This document shows positions 39,367 through 44,631 of a stretch of DNA of 44,631 nt, piece after piece. The notes under the pieces were generated by a model that was not told the origin of the DNA, made no database searches, and saw only the letters and a list, made by a program, of their open reading frames with translations. The stretch is from Bdellovibrionota bacterium (lineage in GTDB: Bacteria; Bdellovibrionota_C; UBA2361). The first letter of the stretch is position 1. Each line of letters starts with the position of its first letter. The translations under genes and the position numbers were made by a program. The stretch spans positions 1 through 44,631 of the forward strand of contig JBILDU010000010.1 in assembly GCA_044352465.1 (NCBI GenBank), read 5' to 3'.

Positions 39367-39882
39367 TTAACCGGCGAGCGCGCGGAGGATTCGCTCCTCG
39401 CGGCGACGCATCCGCTGCGCTTCCGCTTTTGATACACCTTCATGGTCATATCCATGAAGATGTAAGATTCCGTGTACCATGAGGCGCAAAAACTCCTGCG
39501 TATAGGTTACCCCATACTCCTTCGCCTGGCGCTTGGTGGTATCCACCGAAATCACGAGATCGCCGAGGGAAGGGGAGGGGACTGGGCTCTCCCCCTCAAG
39601 CTGGGAAAAGGACAGCACATCGGTGGGCTTATCTTTGCCCCGAAAATCACGATTAAACCGACGCATCGCGCCATCCCCGATGAGGAGTATGCTCAACTCG
39701 GTAACTGTCGGTGGAAGCTTCTCGGTAGCAAGTTCAGCGAGAATGCGCTCAGCGAAACCTCGGACCTGCGTGTTCGAGAGTCTCCCCGGGCGTTTACGGG
39801 CCGTAATATCGATCCGCCACTCCCGCGTCGGGGGGGTCTTCCGCGGGCGCGCTTTTGTCGCTTTTATAGCTCGCATGAGCAC
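39367..39882 (-). CDS. ybeY: rRNA maturation endoribonuclease YbeY
   Basis: NRDFRGKDKPTDVLSF, LGDLVIS and HGILHLHGYDH. Confidence 0.97.
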   Translation of the reverse strand: MLMRAIKATKARPRKTPPTREWRIDITARKRPGRLSNTQVRGFAERILAELATEKLPPTVTELSILLIGDGAMRRFNRDFRGKDKPTDVLSFSQLEGESPVPSPSLGDLVISVDTTKRQAKEYGVTYTQEFLRLMVHGILHLHGYDHEGVSKAEAQRMRRREERILRALAG

Positions 39883-40012
39883 CTTAATCTATTACCATCT
39901 CCCTTATCGTACGCTCTTACCCTCATGGGGGCCAGGGGAGGGGTAATTATTCCGGATTTGGCGTATACTAAGGAGAGCGGGCGGCCACTGCGGCGCCCCC
40001 TTTTTTCGGCGT

Positions 40013-40801
40013 ATGGCGTACGAACTCAAAGCAACCTCCGACTACCTCCGCGAACAAGAGGTTTTTCTTATTCATATCGAGATGAGTGAGTATCTCCTCG
40101 ATTATTACCATCAGCGTCGCGAACTCGCGGCGATAACGAATCGGCTGCACGACGAGAAACTAAAAGACCTTATCGCTTGTTTCGCTATTCATCTTACCGC
40201 GCGGACCGCGTTGGAAACGCACGCCTGGACCCTCCATATCGTCGACGAACAGCCGTATTCACTGTTCGTCACGGGGAGTACGGGAGAGCTGGGCGAAGAC
40301 GGAGTCGCCAAGGGATTTCTCGTGGGTCACATCCTCACCGAGCATATCCGCCATTCGGATACGAACGCGATTCATGCTCAGTGTATTCACCGGGGAAAGA
40401 CTTTTCGTAGTTACGTCCCCTGCGAGTCGTCGAAAATCTCCTCCATGGTCGAAAGTTTTTATCACCAGAGCGAGCAACGTCCGATCCGAATCAAGATATC
40501 CGAGACCAGCGACACCGCAGTTGCCATCGCGGCCCTCCCCGGCTTCGACCCCGATTGGTTCTTCAGTGTCGATATCGACCAACTCGTCGCTGAGTCCGCG
40601 ACCCTCGACAAAACGCGGATGCGAAACTGCCACTTCACCTTCACGTGCGACTGCTCGCCGGAAAAGCTCGTGCCGTTTTTTAATACCCTCGGAGCTGCAG
40701 GACTCGCCGAACTTTACGGTGACGACGAGGAGCTCGTTATTTCGTGCCCGCGGTGTGGCCGGAAATTTCGAGTACACCGCAACTCACTCACCGGGAACTA
40801 A
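40013..40801 (+). CDS. hslO: Hsp33-family redox chaperone (divergent)
   Basis: C-terminal zinc centre FTCDCS…ISCPRCGRKF (CxC…CxxC) and 'FYHQSEQ' (QSEQ motif). Confidence 0.8.
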   Translation: MAYELKATSDYLREQEVFLIHIEMSEYLLDYYHQRRELAAITNRLHDEKLKDLIACFAIHLTARTALETHAWTLHIVDEQPYSLFVTGSTGELGEDGVAKGFLVGHILTEHIRHSDTNAIHAQCIHRGKTFRSYVPCESSKISSMVESFYHQSEQRPIRIKISETSDTAVAIAALPGFDPDWFFSVDIDQLVAESATLDKTRMRNCHFTFTCDCSPEKLVPFFNTLGAAGLAELYGDDEELVISCPRCGRKFRVHRNSLTGN

Positions 40802-40812
40802 AAAGCTCCTCA

Positions 40813-41211
40813 TTACCGAGAGGCGCGACAAGCCCAGCGATACCCCGAAAAAAGAGCGCTGAAGGCGAGGAGCACCCACAAAGCAATCGCGCCGCCGCCG
40901 TACTCTCGACCGAAGAGGATGACAGCCCCAGAGATTAAAACGACCGACGTGACGAGCGCTGAATGTTGAAGATGATCGGCTCGGTGCCGTTTGGTCGTCC
41001 AATAACTCCCGAGTGCGAGAACGACGAGAACGCCGCATAACCGGCCACTATCGGGCCACGGCACGAGTCGCTCGAGGAGGAGGGCCAGAGCCGCGATTCC
41101 CAGCCCCTCAACGAACGCGGCGCCGGACACGGCCCAGAGGGTACCGGTCAGCGAATGGGAATAGAGCTGCTTCGCACGTTCAATCGAATTTTGAAGGGAA
41201 GAGGGGGCCAT
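40813..41211 (-). CDS. Hypothetical integral membrane protein (about 4 TM)
   Basis: Four hydrophobic segments. Fills the gap between hslO and phoH. Confidence 0.55.
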   Translation of the reverse strand: MAPSSLQNSIERAKQLYSHSLTGTLWAVSGAAFVEGLGIAALALLLERLVPWPDSGRLCGVLVVLALGSYWTTKRHRADHLQHSALVTSVVLISGAVILFGREYGGGAIALWVLLAFSALFSGYRWACRASR

Positions 41212-41507
41212 GGCTGAACTATAGCGTGGTTCACCCCCCACTTAAAACCGCCCACTCGACTCGCTTCGCTCGCTCGTGGCAGGCCACTTCTTTAAAGCGA
41301 TTCGAGAGGCTATCGGCGGGTCTGGTTTTAATTGGTTCACACCATGTCCCATTGACCATTATACCCTCCGGTCCCATATAGTTTTTGTAGCTAACCCCCA
41401 TGAAAGGACTTACAATATCTCTAAGGGCTTCTTTAAAAGCCCCCGGTGCATCGAAAGTGTAGTATCATTATAGTGTAGGGAGCCGTTGTGGATTCCCGGA
41501 GTAATGA

Positions 41508-42518
41508 GTGGCAATAGCAAGCAAGCTGAAGACGAAAACAAAAAATCCATATCCCCGCGCAGCTGATAAGCAGATGACGATTCAGCTGACCGATCCGGTG
41601 GTCGCTCAGACCCTCTCCGGCGATCAAGACATTAATCTCAAAATTATAGAGCGCGAGCTCGACATCAAAGTAGGAAGGGGGCACGAAGCTCTCCTTCTCG
41701 TCGGCCAAGATGCCGAGGTGGAACTCGCCCACGATCTCCTCCTCCAACTCAAGGCGCTTATCGAGCGCGGTGAGCGAATCTTCAGCGGTGATATCGACCG
41801 AGCAATCCGTATGCTCTCGGGCAACCGCCGACTTCGCCTCGAGGATCTCTTCAGGGATCAGGTAAAGATCGCTGGGCGCAAATACAGCATCGTGCCCAAA
41901 ACGTTTAAACAGAAGACCTACATCGAAGCTATCAAAGAAAACGACATGGTCTTCGGAGTTGGCCCTGCCGGGACGGGCAAAACCTACCTCGCGATGAGCA
42001 TGGCCGTCTCAGCGCTCGTCAATAAAGAGGTGAAGCGTGTGGTGTTGTGTCGTCCGGCGGTAGAAGCGGGTGAGAAACTCGGGTTCCTCCCCGGCGATAT
42101 GGCGGAGAAGGTCAACCCGTACCTCCGCCCGCTCTACGACGCGCTCCACGATATGGTGGATTACGAACGGGCAACCGAAATGGTGGAAAAGGGGATGATT
42201 GAGGTAGCCCCACTTGCGTTCATGCGGGGGCGAACACTGTCCAATGCGTTTGTCATATTAGATGAAGCGCAGAACACCACGAGTGGTCAGATGAAGATGC
42301 TTTTAACTCGACTCGGCGGGGGCTCAAAATGTGTTGTCACCGGTGACGTCACCCAGATAGACCTTCCCCGTGGTCAGATCTCGGGACTTGTGGAAGCGCT
42401 CTCAATCCTCAAATCGGTCGAGGGTCTCGCTATCGTGAACTTCTCCGACGAGGACGTGATTCGCCACCCCCTCGTCTCGCGGATAGTCCGGGCGTACGAC
42501 GCTAAGGGCGGAGAGTAG
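41508..42518 (+). CDS. phoH: PhoH-family ATPase (YbeZ type)
   Basis: GPAGTGKTYLA, RPAVEAGEKLGFLPG, AFMRGRT, DEAQN and RHPLV. Confidence 0.97.
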   Translation: MAIASKLKTKTKNPYPRAADKQMTIQLTDPVVAQTLSGDQDINLKIIERELDIKVGRGHEALLLVGQDAEVELAHDLLLQLKALIERGERIFSGDIDRAIRMLSGNRRLRLEDLFRDQVKIAGRKYSIVPKTFKQKTYIEAIKENDMVFGVGPAGTGKTYLAMSMAVSALVNKEVKRVVLCRPAVEAGEKLGFLPGDMAEKVNPYLRPLYDALHDMVDYERATEMVEKGMIEVAPLAFMRGRTLSNAFVILDEAQNTTSGQMKMLLTRLGGGSKCVVTGDVTQIDLPRGQISGLVEALSILKSVEGLAIVNFSDEDVIRHPLVSRIVRAYDAKGGE

Positions 42519-42632
42519 CACGAGCTGCTCGCGAGTCTCGCCGAGCGGCGGGGCGAAACGCACCCGCTCAAAAATAGTGGCTTCACGTTCCTCTCCCCGT
42601 AGCTCCTAGTGCGACCAGAGAACTCTTTGACG

Positions 42633-43928
42633 TCAGAATTTCAGCCTACCGCCGACGGATGCAGCCCGTAAAATCGCCACGGTCTCGACGTGGTGGGTCT
42701 GGGGAAACATATCCACCACGAAGAGCTGGGTGAAATGATACCCCCGCTCGACGAGAATTTTGAGATCGCGCGTCAGTGAGGGGAGGTCGCAACTGACATA
42801 AACGACCTGTTGAGTCACCCGCGGGTCAAAGCGAGAGACCACATCCTTCGCGCCAGCTCGAGGAGGATCAAGCACAACGGCCTCACCAAGTGGGTGGCGC
42901 TCGACAAATTTCTCACACGGCAGCGGCACATAGCGGACGTCGAGTCCCTCTGTCCGGGCGAGCTTCGTCCCGCTTAATACGAGCGCTGGATCGAGCTCAA
43001 CCGCGGTTACCGCGCGGCCTGTACGGGCAAGAGGCAGCGCGAAGTTGCCGGCTCCGGCGTAAAGATCGGTAATCGTTGCACCATCGATATGTCGCAGAAC
43101 CGTTTCCACGAGAACCGTATTGGCCGCGGCATTAACCTGGGAGAAGTGCCCCACCGCATCATCGCCCGCGAGCGCACCGATCTCGCTCCCCTGACGATAC
43201 CGCACGACCGTCTCGTTCCGCTGACGCACGACAAGATTCGGGAAAACCGCTGCCACCGGACGAACGGCCGCCTCGATCGCCGTTTTCTGTCGCCGCGAAT
43301 TCACCTCCGCGCGTATCGAAAGAATCACCACGGTGTCGTCACCGTGGCGTTCGATGATCACCCCACCAACTAAGGCACAGAGCGGCTTCACGAACGGGCG
43401 CAGCATTTCAATCGCTGCGTTGAGAGGCTCAAGAGCGAGAAAACATCGCTCTATCGGCACAACGGCAGTGGTGCCGGCACGGTAAAATCCGAGCGCGCCA
43501 GCTCGGTCGAGATGGAGCTGAATCCGTCGCCGATAATGAAGCCCCCCGAGCTCTGTCCCAAGCAGACTCACCCCCTCAGTCGGGGAGAGTTTTCCCTGCA
43601 CCGCCAACATCGTACGAACCATCTCCGTCTTCGCGCTCCGTTGAGCTGCCAACTCGAGATGTTGCAGGTCGCACCCGCCACACACGCCGAAGGAGGGGCA
43701 CGGTGGAACAACTCGATCGGGGGAGGCGCTCACCATCGCGGTGGCTTTTCCGAGGATAAACTTCGGTTCCTCTTTGGTAATCTCAACATCGACGATCTCG
43801 CCCGGCACTACCTCCCGAATAAAAACTTTTTTACCAGCGCGGGGATCGGGGGCGGCACTTATCGGAATGACTTCACCGACAAAGGACCCCCCGTAGCCGA
43901 GAGCTTTTATTTTGGCGCGCACTTTCAT
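42633..43928 (-). CDS. rlmD: 23S rRNA (uracil-C5)-methyltransferase, RlmD/TrmA family
   Basis: TRAM domain, Fe-S motif CPSFGVCGGC, DLYAGAG, LDPPRAG, YVSC and DMFPQTHHVE. Confidence 0.92.
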   Translation of the reverse strand: MKVRAKIKALGYGGSFVGEVIPISAAPDPRAGKKVFIREVVPGEIVDVEITKEEPKFILGKATAMVSASPDRVVPPCPSFGVCGGCDLQHLELAAQRSAKTEMVRTMLAVQGKLSPTEGVSLLGTELGGLHYRRRIQLHLDRAGALGFYRAGTTAVVPIERCFLALEPLNAAIEMLRPFVKPLCALVGGVIIERHGDDTVVILSIRAEVNSRRQKTAIEAAVRPVAAVFPNLVVRQRNETVVRYRQGSEIGALAGDDAVGHFSQVNAAANTVLVETVLRHIDGATITDLYAGAGNFALPLARTGRAVTAVELDPALVLSGTKLARTEGLDVRYVPLPCEKFVERHPLGEAVVLDPPRAGAKDVVSRFDPRVTQQVVYVSCDLPSLTRDLKILVERGYHFTQLFVVDMFPQTHHVETVAILRAASVGGRLKF

Positions 43929-44631
43929 GCGGCGACGAGTGCAAGTGACCGCACGGGCAACCCCCGCACCGTGCGGCGCAAGATATCAAGGGCGGAATGA
44001 GCGGCGAACGTGCGAATCCAGTCCCGCTGCGAGTTAAAAAAGAGGTGGTACGCCATCGTGCCATGAGGGGTCGCCAGCCCGACGAAAAAAGTGCCCACCG
44101 GTTTTGCTGCGGTGCCCCCCCCTGGGCCGGCGACTCCGGTGATTGAAAGCGCATAGGTACTCCCAAAGCGCTGCCGTGCCCCATCCGCCATCTCGGTCGC
44201 TACCACCGCACTGACCGCGCCGTGGGCCAAAAGTGAATCACGACTCACACCGAGAAGGGACTCTTTCAAGGTATTCGAATAGGAGATCGCTCCGCCAACA
44301 AACGTTTTCGATGCACCGGGGAGGCGCGAGAGGAGCGCACCCAACATCCCGCCGGTACAAGACTCCGCCACTGAGACGGTGGCACCGCGTTCCCCGAGAA
44401 GCTCCTGGACGACACCCTCAAGGGAAAGATCCTTCCGCTCCGTCACGATATAGTCGGCCTCGATGGCTACGCGGACGCTCGCAGCGCTTCGGTCGAGTAC
44501 GGTGTCGTCTCCCGGCGTTTTCAATACGACATGAATCTCCGGGAAATGGGCCCGATACGAGACGGTAATCGCCGGATCGAGCCCCGCACCATCGATACGT
44601 GCCCCAACGATCGACTCAGGTAAACCGAAGA
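43925..44631 (-). CDS. cinA: CinA / NMN amidohydrolase (PncC domain), N-terminally truncated by window edge
   Basis: Frame is open to the window end (FGLPES…YRAHFPE). Has AESCTGG, HGAVS and SITGVAGPGGG. Confidence 0.93.
   Translation of the reverse strand, partial: FGLPESIVGARIDGAGLDPAITVSYRAHFPEIHVVLKTPGDDTVLDRSAASVRVAIEADYIVTERKDLSLEGVVQELLGERGATVSVAESCTGGMLGALLSRLPGASKTFVGGAISYSNTLKESLLGVSRDSLLAHGAVSAVVATEMADGARQRFGSTYALSITGVAGPGGGTAAKPVGTFFVGLATPHGTMAYHLFFNSQRDWIRTFAAHSALDILRRTVRGLPVRSLALVAA

Overview
A mostly housekeeping, origin-proximal stretch of a moderately GC-rich bacterial chromosome. Gene content and order (yidC-mnmE; parA-parB-bactofilin-atpF'FHAGDC without atpB/atpE; PqaA, M32 peptidase, TldD) suggest a deltaproteobacterial, Bdellovibrionota or Myxococcota-like lineage, which is an inference. 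About 40 CDS can be supported, plus three parS palindromes, the programmed prfB +1 frameshift and two near-identical inverted copies of a 119-bp CTAG-bounded double-hairpin element. I found no CRISPR array, rRNA, tRNA, transposase or prophage. The most unusual signals are: (i) three intact genes that look like pseudo-enzymes, namely a BioF/SPT-fold protein lacking the PLP lysine and histidines (as in eukaryotic LCB1), a dead receiver fused to a His-less HisKA domain, and a His-less kinase-like protein with a degenerate ATPase domain beside a small HTH gene; (ii) the covarying double-hairpin repeat; (iii) two unannotated, highly structured ~200-nt intergenic RNA candidates; and (iv) a YidC with an extra C-terminal hydrophobic helix. 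All calls come from reading motifs by eye, and no database search was run.
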